Notes: generated by a model not told the origin, from the letters alone. A DNA stretch of 38,438 nucleotides from Clostridiaceae bacterium (GCA_012839865.1 DUMO01000044.1:1-38438), one strand, 5' to 3'; counted from the stretch's first letter, positions 9,798 to 19,913 are shown. Made by a program: numbers and translations.

Positions 9798-10925
9798 ATG
9801 ATTATGAATTTGCATGGGAACAAGAGTATTAATGTTGTCTTAAGTGGTGGCGGAATTAAAGGTATAGCTTATATTGGTGTGTTTGAGGTCATGGAGGAAA
9901 TGGGGTATATTCCGGTGCATATGGCGGGTGTTTCAGCGGGAGCCCTTGCCGGTGCATTTTTGGCTGCCGGTTATAATACCGGTGAGTTGAGACGTATCAT
10001 GAATGAATTTGATTTCAATAAACTGGATATCTCCAAAATTCCAACAAGAGTTCCGGTGGTCAGCAGGTTTTTTGAATATAACAGAAGCATGATGACAAGC
10101 AGGGAGAAAATCAGGCATTATTTACGCAACGTCGACCAGGCGGCCCATGTCAGATCAGATATTGAATTTGATATTGACAGTATGGCGGGGTACAGGGGAA
10201 GTATATTAAAGAACCTCATAACTTTAAGCAAGGAAGGATTTCTGTATGATGGTGATTTGCTTGAGGACTGGGTTTATACGGTCCTTGCCCGCAGGGGCAT
10301 AAAAACCTTTGGAGACTTAAAGGGAGGAGTGAAAAGCCAGAGCAATCCACAGGGCTACAAAATAAGAATGTCGGCTGTAGATGTAAATCAGGGGAAAATT
10401 ATCGTACTTCCTGATGATATATCCTATTACGGTTTTGAACCGGATAGGCTGGAAGTTGCAAAGGCGGTAAGGATGAGTACCGCAATACCTTTTGTTTTTA
10501 AAGCAGTTGAAATAAAGAAAACAGACAAGAAAACACAAACGCCTCATTATATAGTTGATGGAGGCGTTTTTGACAATTTCCCCATATGGATGGTGACTTC
10601 TTTGACCGGCATCCCTAAAATAGGCTTCAGACTGCATGGAGGAGAGAATAACTTCTTCAGCCTCAATACACCCCTTAAAGTGCTGAAGGCATTGATAGCA
10701 GCAGTTCATGACATTGGTATCCCTTATTTCCCATTGGATAAAGGCTGTGTTGTAAATATTGATGTTTCAAAAGTGTCAACCCTGGATTTCGGTCTGGACG
10801 AGAATGAGAAAAAATACCTGTATAATGCAGGAAAGAATGCTGCCCAAAAGTTTTTCAAAAAATTCGGGTTTTGCATGGAAAATAAAAAAAGGTGCTTTAT
10901 ACAGCGTTTTTTGGGAATAAAATAA
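9798..10925 (+). CDS. Patatin-like phospholipase
   Basis: LSGGGIKG oxyanion loop, GVSAG nucleophile elbow, VDGG..DNFP catalytic Asp. Confidence 0.9.
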   Translation: MIMNLHGNKSINVVLSGGGIKGIAYIGVFEVMEEMGYIPVHMAGVSAGALAGAFLAAGYNTGELRRIMNEFDFNKLDISKIPTRVPVVSRFFEYNRSMMTSREKIRHYLRNVDQAAHVRSDIEFDIDSMAGYRGSILKNLITLSKEGFLYDGDLLEDWVYTVLARRGIKTFGDLKGGVKSQSNPQGYKIRMSAVDVNQGKIIVLPDDISYYGFEPDRLEVAKAVRMSTAIPFVFKAVEIKKTDKKTQTPHYIVDGGVFDNFPIWMVTSLTGIPKIGFRLHGGENNFFSLNTPLKVLKALIAAVHDIGIPYFPLDKGCVVNIDVSKVSTLDFGLDENEKKYLYNAGKNAAQKFFKKFGFCMENKKRCFIQRFLGIK

Positions 10926-11072
10926 ATTTCAACATATAGCAGTAAGAAGTCTCCCTCCTCTAAGCCATCTTGCCCACTTAAATGAGAGTGCAGGCGGGAG
11001 TACGCCGCATGCAAAATTCCGGGCTTGCTCCAATATTGATATTTTCAGCAGGATTATGGAAAATTCTGTGCG

Positions 11073-11131
11073 AATGAAATATATGCAGAGCATTACAAAG
11101 CCAATTGTTATTGCTCTGCATGTATTTCATT
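11073..11131. repeat. Short palindromic copy (D) of the dispersed repeat family
   Basis: AATGAAATATATGCAGAGCA ... TGCTCTGCATGTATTTCATT, 19/20 inverted match, with internal AAAGCC..TTGTTATTG as in copy A. Confidence 0.8.
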
Positions 11132-11439
11132 TATATCAGTTATTTTTCCTGCTGCTATATTAGAGACGGTGTTCAGTAATTAACTGTGAAAAAAAATTGC
11201 ATGCAATTTTTTTAGTCTTTCTTTTTTATTTATTATGTATTATTATTTATACTAGCATTATATTACGTTAAGCTTAAGATCGGTATTGCAGCATAATATA
11301 AATAATAATACTGACTGGCATGCATGCTTTTGGGTGTTAGAAGTTTTACATCCAAAAAGACTTTGGGAAATAATCATACCAGGTCTTTATTTGTTGATTG
11401 ATTTCAGATAATTATGTCCCATGGACAGGGGGGGTTGTC

Positions 11440-12939
11440 ATGCAATACGAAAGCACCAGGGGAGGCATTGACCCGGTTTCATCCGCAGAAGCGATAAAAC
11501 TTGGTATTGCACCTGATGGAGGTTTGTTTGTTCCTGCTAAAAAAGTAAAGATTAATGATATTTTTCTTCAAAACCTTATCTCAATGGATTACAGGGAAAG
11601 AGCAATTGAAATACTAAGCTTGTTTCTGGATGATTTCTCCAGGGAGGAAATAGCAGAATGTGTTAACAGCGCATATACTGCAGATAAATTTGATAACAGC
11701 GAAATTGCTCCTTTGTATATATTAAACAACAATGTTTATATGTTGGAACTGTTTCATGGCCCTACATGCGCATTTAAAGACATGGCCCTTCAGCTTTTAC
11801 CCCATTTGTTGGTAAAGGCGGTCAGAAAACTCGGAGAAAAAGATAAAATAGTTATTCTGGTGGCTACATCGGGAGATACAGGCAAAGCTGCCCTTGAGGG
11901 GTTTAAAGATGTAGACGGCACAAGCATAATTGTTTTTTATCCTGATGAGGGGGTAAGCCAGGTTCAAAAAATGCAAATGGTGACACAGGAAGGGAAGAAT
12001 GTCCATACTGTTGCTGTCAGGGGCAATTTTGACGATACCCAGAACGGTGTAAAGGAAATTTTTACAGATAATGAATTAGTTCATAGAATGCAAAGCAAGG
12101 GCTTGAAGTTTTCATCTGCAAATTCAATAAACTGGGGGCGGCTGGTTCCGCAAATAGTCTACTATTTTTCGGCTTACTGCGACATGGCAGCCAAAGGAGA
12201 AATAAAGCCGGGAGATGAAATCAACATAACAGTTCCCACGGGTAACTTTGGTAATATTCTTGCTGCATATTATGCAAAGGAAATGGGTTTGCCGGTTCGC
12301 CGCCTGATTTGCGCTTCAAATGACAACAATGTCCTGACGGATTTTATCAAGACCGGCACTTACAATAGAAAAAGAGAGTTTAAGAAGACCATATCGCCTT
12401 CCATGGATATTTTGATTTCCAGCAATCTTGAAAGGCTGCTGTATGAAGTGACGAACCACAATTCCGCTTTGGTAAGAAGCTGGATGGAAAGTCTTAAAAA
12501 TACCGGTGAATACACGGTTGATGAAGAAACCAGGAAAAAAATATCTTCCATATTCTGGGCGGATTATACTGACGAGAATGAGACTCTTAATACCATACAG
12601 TGTATTTACGATGAATACCATTACCTGATTGATACCCATACGGCTGTCGGGCTTGATGTGTATGACAAATATGTGATATCTACCAATGATATGTCAAAAA
12701 CCGTCATAGCTTCAACCGCAAGTCCCTTTAAATTTACAGGAAGTGTTGCATTGGCGGTTTTAAGCGAGGATGGCATATCAGGCAGAAACGAATTTGAGCT
12801 TCTTGATGTTCTGGCAAACAAGTGCGGGCTTAAAATACCCGCGCCTTTGAAGGATCTTGACAAAAAACCTGTACTGCACAGGAATGTCTGCCTGAGGACT
12901 GAAATGAAAGTCACAGTTGAGAGGCTTCTTGGGTTTTAG
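11440..12939 (+). CDS. thrC: Threonine synthase
   Basis: MQYESTRG, APDGGLFVP, LELFHGPTCAFKD (PLP lysine), ATSGDTG, SANSINWGRL, VPTGNFGN; start moved to ATG 11440 after a G-rich RBS. Confidence 0.95.
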   Translation: MQYESTRGGIDPVSSAEAIKLGIAPDGGLFVPAKKVKINDIFLQNLISMDYRERAIEILSLFLDDFSREEIAECVNSAYTADKFDNSEIAPLYILNNNVYMLELFHGPTCAFKDMALQLLPHLLVKAVRKLGEKDKIVILVATSGDTGKAALEGFKDVDGTSIIVFYPDEGVSQVQKMQMVTQEGKNVHTVAVRGNFDDTQNGVKEIFTDNELVHRMQSKGLKFSSANSINWGRLVPQIVYYFSAYCDMAAKGEIKPGDEINITVPTGNFGNILAAYYAKEMGLPVRRLICASNDNNVLTDFIKTGTYNRKREFKKTISPSMDILISSNLERLLYEVTNHNSALVRSWMESLKNTGEYTVDEETRKKISSIFWADYTDENETLNTIQCIYDEYHYLIDTHTAVGLDVYDKYVISTNDMSKTVIASTASPFKFTGSVALAVLSEDGISGRNEFELLDVLANKCGLKIPAPLKDLDKKPVLHRNVCLRTEMKVTVERLLGF

Positions 12940-12990
12940 TGTAATGAAAATTTGTACGGACAAGTTAAAGTTTGAATTCAAAGCTTATGA

Positions 12991-13023
12991 TTAAAAGGAG
13001 GGAAATAAGAACCCTTCTTTTAA
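12991..13023 (+). terminator. Probable intrinsic terminator after thrC
   Basis: TTAAAAGGAGGG...CCCTTCTTTTAA imperfect inverted repeat about 50 nt after the stop. Confidence 0.55.
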
Positions 13024-13042
13024 TTTAAGTCATGTATAATAG

Positions 13043-13175
13043 TATTTTTGCATGAGGTTCACCTGGTTTTCTAACAAAATAATGCCATTTGTTATTGGAA
13101 AGCCCGGGGGCATTGAGCCCCGCTCGTTTTTGGCTGGATTTGCTTTGCAAAAGCCTTGTTCTGCACACATTTCAT
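13043..13175. repeat. Right-arm-only copy (B) of the repeat family, carrying a 61-bp inserted module
   Basis: TCACCTGGTTTTCTAACAAAATAA (13059-13082) is identical to 8136-8159; ends TTCTGCACACATTTCAT; 13098-13158 is absent from copy A. Confidence 0.85.
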
Positions 13176-13270
13176 GTTCATCAGCCGCCATCTTTCTTTC
13201 CGGTTAGGTTTTGCAATATTATGAACTCGCCATAATAGCAATTGGAAAATAAAAAATCGACAAAAACATC

Positions 13271-13299
13271 TTGCACAAATAGCGGATTTATGTTAATAT
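13271..13299 (+). promoter_or_regulatory. sigma-A-like promoter of the ACT regulator-hom cluster
   Basis: TTGCAC, 17 nt spacer, TG-n extended -10 TAATAT (13294-13299). Confidence 0.5.
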
Positions 13300-13396
13300 T
13301 ACACCCAGGAAAAACAGATGTACATGTATCAAAGACAAAACGTTATAGATGTACTTTTATTGTTTTGATATACGGTGGAAAGGAATGAATAGCTGT

Positions 13397-13837
13397 ATGA
13401 AAAAGAACTCCCAATACCTGTTGATTGATACGGCGGTTCTGCCTGATGTTTTTTTAAAGGTAATTGAGGTCAAAAAAATACTTGGGAAGGGAAATGCAAA
13501 GACTGTGAACGAGGCGGTGCAAATTGTTGGAATAAGCCGGAGTGCCTATTACAAGTACAAAGATTATGTGTATCCCTTTTATGATGCTACAACACGCCAG
13601 GTTGTGACCCTTTTCTTTGTACTTGAAGATTTTTCGGGCATACTTTCAAAAATAATCAATAGAATTGCCGCTGCAAATGCGAATATTTTAACTATTAATC
13701 AGAACATACCTATTAATGATCTTGCTGATGTAACCATTTCCATAGAAACCCATGGCATGACAAAAAGTGTAAGGGAGTTAATGGATGAAATAAGTGAAAT
13801 TGATGGTGTTAAAAGACATGAAATTCTAGCGCGCTAA
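13397..13837 (+). CDS. ACT-domain regulator, PheB/ThrR (UPF0735)-like
   Basis: LPDVFLKVIEVKKIL...TVNEAVQIVGISRSAYYKYKD HTH-like N-terminus plus ACT domain (GILSKII..IA...ANILTINQNIP); directly precedes hom; start may instead be 13385. Confidence 0.8.
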   Translation: MKKNSQYLLIDTAVLPDVFLKVIEVKKILGKGNAKTVNEAVQIVGISRSAYYKYKDYVYPFYDATTRQVVTLFFVLEDFSGILSKIINRIAAANANILTINQNIPINDLADVTISIETHGMTKSVRELMDEISEIDGVKRHEILAR

Positions 13838-13861
13838 TTACAGTTTATTGGAGGTAATAAT

Positions 13862-15133
13862 ATGGCGAATGTTGCTATTTTAGGATATGGAGTAGTAGGT
13901 TCCGGAGTGGCTGAAGTGATAAGAAGAAATGCACAAGCAATTAAAAGCCGCTCAGGAGCTGATATAAATCTTTTGAAGATTCTTGATATAAGGGATTTCC
14001 CCGAAAGCCCGGACAGAGGTTTGTTTACAAAGAATGCCGATGAAATATTCGAGAATGAAAAAATAGATATTGTTGTTGAAACTATTGGCGGAACAGGGGC
14101 TGCATATGAGTTTGTAAAAAGGGCTTTAAAAAAAGGAAAACATGTTGTTACGTCAAACAAGGAACTCGTGTCTTCTTTTGGGCCTCAATTGTTGGAAATG
14201 GCTGAAAAAATGCATGTGAACTTTCTTTTTGAAGCATGTGTTGGCGGGGGAATTCCAATTATCAGACCACTTAATCAATGCCTGGCCGCAAATGAGATAG
14301 CCGGTATATCAGGAATACTCAACGGAACCACAAACTATATTCTGACACGCATGAGAAGGGAAGGCACCGACTTTAATGTCGCACTTAAAGATGCTCAGTT
14401 AAAGGGTTACGCCGAGGCCGATCCCACCAATGATATCGACGGGTACGATACCGCACGTAAAATAGCAATACTGTCTTCCATTGCATATAATGAATTTGTT
14501 GATGCAAAGAAAATCCATATTGAAGGGATAAGAGGAATTAGCCATGAGGATATGCAATATGCAGATAAAATGGATTGTGTCATTAAACTGATTGGATTAA
14601 GCAAAAAAGTCGAAGATAAAATATTGGCAATGGTCAGCCCGTTCCTGGTAAGCAAATCAAATCCTCTTGCAAGTGTGGAGAATGAGTTTAACGCAATTAT
14701 GGTAAAGGGAAATGCTGTTGATGAATTGATGTTCTATGGCAAGGGGGCCGGCAAGATGCCAACGGCCAGTGCAGTCACCGCAGATATTATTGAAATAGCC
14801 AGAAATGAGAAAAGAAACGGTAAAAAGGTATGGCATGTAGGGGATAATGATATTCTCCTGAAACCAGACGATGTCGAACTGAAATTTTTTGTGAGGTTGG
14901 AAGTGAGTGACAAGCTTGAAGCCATGAACCTTGCATCAAGAATTATCGGAAATATATCAGAAGTATCTCTTGGAGATTCGGAGGTAAAAAACGAAATTGC
15001 TTTCATAACTCCGGTTAAGAAAGAAAAACAATTTAAAGTGGAAATTGAGAAGCTTGCAAAAAACAAAGCAGTGAAGTCAGTAATAAGCAAAATAAGGTTT
15101 TTGAATGGTTCTTTAAACCTCAACGGGCAATAA
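13862..15133 (+). CDS. hom: Homoserine dehydrogenase
   Basis: LGYGVVGSG, VVTSNKEL, FEACVGGGIPII, GILNGTTNYIL, GYAEADP..DIDGYD, GKGAGKMPTASAV. Confidence 0.95.
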   Translation: MANVAILGYGVVGSGVAEVIRRNAQAIKSRSGADINLLKILDIRDFPESPDRGLFTKNADEIFENEKIDIVVETIGGTGAAYEFVKRALKKGKHVVTSNKELVSSFGPQLLEMAEKMHVNFLFEACVGGGIPIIRPLNQCLAANEIAGISGILNGTTNYILTRMRREGTDFNVALKDAQLKGYAEADPTNDIDGYDTARKIAILSSIAYNEFVDAKKIHIEGIRGISHEDMQYADKMDCVIKLIGLSKKVEDKILAMVSPFLVSKSNPLASVENEFNAIMVKGNAVDELMFYGKGAGKMPTASAVTADIIEIARNEKRNGKKVWHVGDNDILLKPDDVELKFFVRLEVSDKLEAMNLASRIIGNISEVSLGDSEVKNEIAFITPVKKEKQFKVEIEKLAKNKAVKSVISKIRFLNGSLNLNGQ

Positions 15134-15355
15134 TTTAAAAGTGAAATAAATCCATGGTGCTGTAAAGACTTATTGTAAATTCATACAAGCACGAATAAAA
15201 ACCATTATTTGTTTAAAAAAATAATGACAGACACTAAATTTGGGTTTATAATATTTTCAATTATAAAAAATTGAAAATACCTTGAAAGCAAAATGTTTGA
15301 AGCGCTTCAGGAAGCATTCAATCAATCTGGTACAAAAACGGAGGTCTGAAATTTA

Positions 15356-16711
15356 ATGAAGGTATCAAAATTTGGGGGCACTTCGCTGGCAACAGCGGAA
15401 CAGGTAAAAAAGGTATGCAGCATATTACTTTCAGATCCGGAAAGACAAATAGTTGTTGTTTCCGCACCTGGAAAAAGGTATAAGGATGATATAAAGGTTA
15501 CGGATTTGCTGATAAAATGTGCACAGGCAAGACTGTCGGGCGGCTCTGCGGCTGATGAAATTGAAACTATTGTTGACAGATATAAGGAAATTGCAACCGG
15601 GCTGGGTCTTGGCTGCGGCATTATTGATACAATCAGAAATGATTTGAACATGCGCATTAATGAAGACATCAGCGATGAGAATCAGTTTCTTGACTTACTG
15701 AAAGCTGCAGGTGAGGATAATTGTGCAAAACTGGTTGCAGAGTACCTTATATCAATAGGGAAAAAGGCAGTTTATGTTAATCCCAGGGAAGCCGGATTGA
15801 TCTTAAGCATGGATTATGGTAATGCCCGCGCCTTACCGGAATCTTATGACAATTTGAAAAGATTAAAAGACCTGGATGGAATTAAAGTATTTCCGGGCTT
15901 TTTCGGATATTCACCGGAAGGAAAGGTAGTCACATTCTCAAGAGGAGGTTCCGATATTACAGGAGCCATATTGGCAGCAGCGGTTCAGGCCGATGTATAT
16001 GAGAACTTTACCGACGTTGACTCGGTCTATGTGGCAGACCCTCGCATTATAGAAAATCCGAAGGCAATACATGAGCTTACTTACAGGGAAATGAGGGAGT
16101 TGTCCTATGCAGGATTTTGGGTTCTGCATGAAGAAGCCCTTGAACCTGTTTACAGGACAGGGATACCTGTGCATATAAAAAATACGAATAATGTAGCATC
16201 CCCGGGCACAAGAATAGTTACCGAAAGAAAAATCACAAACGGTCCTGTTGCAGGAATTGCATGTGAAAAAGGTTTTTGCAGCATTAATGTCAGCAAATAT
16301 ATGATGAACAGGGAAATTGGTTTTGGACGCAAGGTTCTGCACATGCTCGAGGATGAGGGAATTTCCTTTGAACATATGCCGTCAGGCATTGACAATATTT
16401 CTATTTTAATTAAGGAAGCAAAATTTAACGAACAAGTTGAAGAGAGGGTTTTCAACAGAATAAGAAACGAGCTCCATGTCGACGATGTCCATACCCAAAG
16501 AAGTTTAAGTGTGATAGTAGTAGTCGGTGAAGGAATGGCCCAGACAGTGGGGGTTGCAGGAAGAGCAACCACAGCCCTTGCCAGGAGCAATGTTAATATT
16601 GAAATGATGAATCAGGGTGCATCAGAGGTCAGCATGGTTTTCGGCATAAAGGCAGTTGATTCGGAAAAAGCGGTCCGAGCCCTTTATAATGAGTTTTTCG
16701 GGCAGGCATAG
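15356..16711 (+). CDS. Aspartate kinase (YclM/LysC type with C-terminal ACT domains)
   Basis: KFGGTSLA, VVVSAPGKR, TFSRGGSDITG, FTDVD.VYVADPR, TY.EMRELSYAG. Confidence 0.93.
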   Translation: MKVSKFGGTSLATAEQVKKVCSILLSDPERQIVVVSAPGKRYKDDIKVTDLLIKCAQARLSGGSAADEIETIVDRYKEIATGLGLGCGIIDTIRNDLNMRINEDISDENQFLDLLKAAGEDNCAKLVAEYLISIGKKAVYVNPREAGLILSMDYGNARALPESYDNLKRLKDLDGIKVFPGFFGYSPEGKVVTFSRGGSDITGAILAAAVQADVYENFTDVDSVYVADPRIIENPKAIHELTYREMRELSYAGFWVLHEEALEPVYRTGIPVHIKNTNNVASPGTRIVTERKITNGPVAGIACEKGFCSINVSKYMMNREIGFGRKVLHMLEDEGISFEHMPSGIDNISILIKEAKFNEQVEERVFNRIRNELHVDDVHTQRSLSVIVVVGEGMAQTVGVAGRATTALARSNVNIEMMNQGASEVSMVFGIKAVDSEKAVRALYNEFFGQA

Positions 16712-16806
16712 TCACTGTATATCTTTTTATAATCAACAGTATCACTGATACTGCACAAAAGCCTTGGAAGAAATCGCATAAAAAACGGAGGGTAACAGAA
16801 GCTGAA

Positions 16807-17340
16807 ATGGAAAGGATATCTACCAGGAAAATAGTAATTAACGGACTATTCATAGCCCTTGTATTTATTGCAACTTACTTTACAAAGATTCATGCGCTGG
16901 TTCCACCTCCTGGTTACATTAATCTGGGTGATGCCATCATAATGATTACAGCAATTTTGCTTGGGCAAAAAAGCGGTTTTCTTGCCGGTTCATTGGGCTC
17001 GGCATTTGCAGATATAATGGCGGGAGCAGTGATTTATGCACCGGTTACCTTTGTAGTAAAGGGAATAGAAGGTTACGTTACAGGCAGAATTGCAAACAGC
17101 AGCAAAAAACAGTTTATGAAAATCATTGCCGTACTGGTTGGAGCATTGATTATTCCTCTGGGATATTTTGTGTGTGAATTGTATTTCCTGAGGATATTTG
17201 ACAACAGCACATTTGGATATACATATGCCATAGCCGGCCTGCCGGGGAATACAATTCAGGGACTTGCAAATGCAGTATTGGCATATCTCTTGTCCATCCT
17301 GCTGGCACATTCGGGAATACGGAATCATATTTCAGATTAA
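16807..17340 (+). CDS. ECF transporter substrate-binding S component
   Basis: Six hydrophobic segments with LFIALVFIAT, GYINLGDA.I, G...GSAFADI, APVTFVVKG motifs. Confidence 0.85.
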   Translation: MERISTRKIVINGLFIALVFIATYFTKIHALVPPPGYINLGDAIIMITAILLGQKSGFLAGSLGSAFADIMAGAVIYAPVTFVVKGIEGYVTGRIANSSKKQFMKIIAVLVGALIIPLGYFVCELYFLRIFDNSTFGYTYAIAGLPGNTIQGLANAVLAYLLSILLAHSGIRNHISD

Positions 17341-17453
17341 AATGTTTGCGGGAAATAAATGTGGATTGGCCTTTAATTAACATGCATGGTTTTGTTTTAA
17401 GGCTCAGTTGCCTTTGGAAGAAATTATAAAGTTCGTGGAGGTAATATTATTTT

Positions 17454-18188
17454 ATGGAACTGACCATACTTGGCAATAACGGACCGTATCCTGCCGCAGG
17501 CGGTGCCTGTTCAGGTTATCTGGTCACTGAAGGCAATTGTAAAATTCTGATTGACTGCGGTAACGGGGTACTTTCAAACCTGCAGCGTTATGTTCGCTTA
17601 AATGAACTTGATGCAATTATACTTACCCATCTTCATAGTGATCACATGTCCGACATGCTTGTGTTAAGGTATGCCGTAAAGATATTAAGGGATTCCGGAC
17701 GGATTGATAAAAGCATCGACGTATATGCGCCTGATGAACCGGTAAACGATTATGATTTACTGAATATTAAGGATGTTTTCAATCTCAGAACAATAACACC
17801 TGACCTTTCACTGAAATTCGGGAATTTATCCTTTGCATTTAAAGAGATGACACATCCTTTTAAATGTTTTGCCGTATCAATTGAAAACGGCACTAAAAAA
17901 TTCGTGTACTCAGGCGATACGTCCTGGAACGAAAATATTATCAGCTTTAGCAAGGAAGCCGACTTTTTACTGTTGGATGCGGGCCTTAGAACAGAAGATA
18001 AAAAAGGGGATAATGTGCCACATCTGACGGCTGCCGAGTGTGGAAAGGTAGCAGCTTTGGCACACGCCAAAAGATTGATGCTGACACATTTCAGACCTGA
18101 TTACAGTGTTGAGAACCTTAAAGCTGAAGCCTTCCACCATTTCAAAAGGGTGGAAGCATCCGAAATACTCAAGACTTACGGCATATGA
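17454..18188 (+). CDS. MBL-fold metallo-hydrolase (RNase Z/YhfI-like)
   Basis: LIDCGNG, THLHSDHMSD (HxHxDH), YSGDT, PHLT, LTHF. Confidence 0.9.
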   Translation: MELTILGNNGPYPAAGGACSGYLVTEGNCKILIDCGNGVLSNLQRYVRLNELDAIILTHLHSDHMSDMLVLRYAVKILRDSGRIDKSIDVYAPDEPVNDYDLLNIKDVFNLRTITPDLSLKFGNLSFAFKEMTHPFKCFAVSIENGTKKFVYSGDTSWNENIISFSKEADFLLLDAGLRTEDKKGDNVPHLTAAECGKVAALAHAKRLMLTHFRPDYSVENLKAEAFHHFKRVEASEILKTYGI

Positions 18189-18396
18189 ACCGCAATAACG
18201 AGTCTCGTCAGCCTTATGTGTATCAGCCATGTTCTTATGTGTTCAAGCCAGGCTTATATGCTGTTCAAAATTTGCATATACTTGGTTTAAGCTTTGCTTA
18301 TTGTAGTTTTCTTTCAAAATAATACATTAAATATCCGGCGCATGTGGTTTTAGCTCAAACTCTTCACATGTGTTTTTCATTTTTTTGATGCGCAAT

Positions 18397-18446
18397 AAAA
18401 AACCTCCTTGGAATTTTGATTAACCAAAATTCCAGGGAGGTTTTTT
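18397..18446. terminator. Bidirectional intrinsic terminator between convergent MBL hydrolase and MCP genes
   Basis: AAAAAACCTCCTTGGAATTTTG-loop-CAAAATTCCAGGGAGGTTTTTT. Confidence 0.85.
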
Positions 18447-18501
18447 TACGTCAAATATTCTGAATGTGAAGCATGTCAACTTTCACTTTATGAATTAACC
18501 A

Positions 18502-19761
18502 TTATCTCAGTTTATATTTCTTAAGCTCGTCATTGAGTTTGTAAACATGTTGTCTGAGATTTTCAGCTGCGTTCTTCATTTCATCAATGACAGCAAGCTG
18601 TGTTTCTGTGGTTGCTGCGACTTCCTCACTGGAAGCGGCCGTCTGCTGAGAAACGGAAGAAATATTCTCAATTGCAGCTATAACTTCATTCTTATCGGAT
18701 TGCATTTTATTTATGGCTTCGTTTACTTCATTGATTTGTTTAACAATTCCTGTCAAAGCATCGGCAATATCCCTGAAGGCTCGTTCAGTCTGATTAACAG
18801 CTTCATTTTGATCATCAGAAGCTTTCTTCATTACTTCCATTGATAAAATGGCAGCCTTGGACTCTTCTTCAATGCTTTCTACAAGGTTATATATTTCTTC
18901 TGTTGATTTTCTGCTCTGATCTGCCAGGACCCGCACTTCTTCCGCAACAATTGCAAATCCTTTTCCGGCTTCACCCGCTCTGGCAGCCTCGATGGCGGCA
19001 TTCAACGCAAGCATGTTGGTCTGGTCCGCTATGTTTTCGATGGATTCAACAAAGCTGCTGATTTTCTGGATAGTTCCTGTAAGGTTTTCTATGACAGCGA
19101 AAATTTTTGAAGAAGCACTGGAATTTTCAATGGAGCGGTTCCTCAATATATTAACCGCAGTCTGGCCTAAAGAATTGAGTTCGTCAATTTTACTGGTTTG
19201 CAGGGCAACTTCCTTATATGTATTGAATACATAATTTATCTGCTCGGAAAGCTTGTCAACAATAATAACACCCTGCTGTGCTTCCTGAGCCTGGTCGGAA
19301 GCACCTTTGGCAATCTCGTCCACGGTTTTTGCCACTTCACTGACGGAAGCCGAAACCTGCTCGGAGGAGTTCATGACTTGTTTTGAAACCTGAACCATGG
19401 ACATGGAAAGTGAAAAAAAGTTTTCAATTAACCTTCTTATATCGCTTAATATTACATTAATAGGGGAAACAATAAATTTTATCAAACTGTATTTTTCACG
19501 GTCCAGCAATATGGTAAAGTCTCCCTTTTTAATGGATTCCATTTCTTCAGAAAAGCTTTTTATAAATTTATTGAGTGTTCGCTGGGTTGTGAAGCTTATG
19601 TAAAATGCGACAATAAACCCATTTACGAGAAAAAGTATTAATAATTCTACCGACCAAAAGGACTTGTAAAGACCATATGCTACAAAAAGTATTCCGCTTA
19701 GCAGCAATATAGGCAGTATTATTGCCATTCTGAATATTGAACTTGTTTTATTTTTATCCAC
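18502..19761 (-). CDS. Methyl-accepting chemotaxis protein
   Basis: Two N-terminal TM helices; [34 protein letters not shown] signalling hairpin; GTG start at 19761 after AGGAGG. Confidence 0.93.
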   Translation of the reverse strand: MDKNKTSSIFRMAIILPILLLSGILFVAYGLYKSFWSVELLILFLVNGFIVAFYISFTTQRTLNKFIKSFSEEMESIKKGDFTILLDREKYSLIKFIVSPINVILSDIRRLIENFFSLSMSMVQVSKQVMNSSEQVSASVSEVAKTVDEIAKGASDQAQEAQQGVIIVDKLSEQINYVFNTYKEVALQTSKIDELNSLGQTAVNILRNRSIENSSASSKIFAVIENLTGTIQKISSFVESIENIADQTNMLALNAAIEAARAGEAGKGFAIVAEEVRVLADQSRKSTEEIYNLVESIEEESKAAILSMEVMKKASDDQNEAVNQTERAFRDIADALTGIVKQINEVNEAINKMQSDKNEVIAAIENISSVSQQTAASSEEVAATTETQLAVIDEMKNAAENLRQHVYKLNDELKKYKLR

Positions 19762-19906
19762 AGCAATTCCTCCTAAAAAACTTCCTTGATAATTATGATA
19801 CTTTCTATATCCCATGGAAAAAATCCTGCAAAAAAGAAAAAAAGTTATCAATTTTTGTCATATCGCTCTGATTGCTGCAAGATTGCTTATTATGTTTTCC
19901 TGCCCG

Positions 19907-19913
19907 TGTCGAA
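19907..19913 (+). promoter_or_regulatory. Consensus Spo0A box
   Basis: TGTCGAA, exact match to the TGNCGAA 0A box, in the MCP/gntR divergent region; a 7-mer can occur by chance. Confidence 0.35.

Noticed and set aside
9798..10925. Patatin as a CBASS/anti-phage effector
   Set aside because: No cyclase, Cap or other defence genes nearby; housekeeping context.
15134..15355. Lysine riboswitch upstream of aspartokinase
   Set aside because: The leader is very AT-rich and lacks recognisable conserved helices.
18213..18270. Three degenerate CTTAT(G/A)TG units at 19-21 bp spacing
   Set aside because: Poorly conserved, located between convergent genes, and seen nowhere else.
19861..19890. sigma-D promoter for the MCP (AGCGATAT on the minus strand)
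   Set aside because: The -10 matches only 6/8 and there is no correctly spaced TAAA -35.
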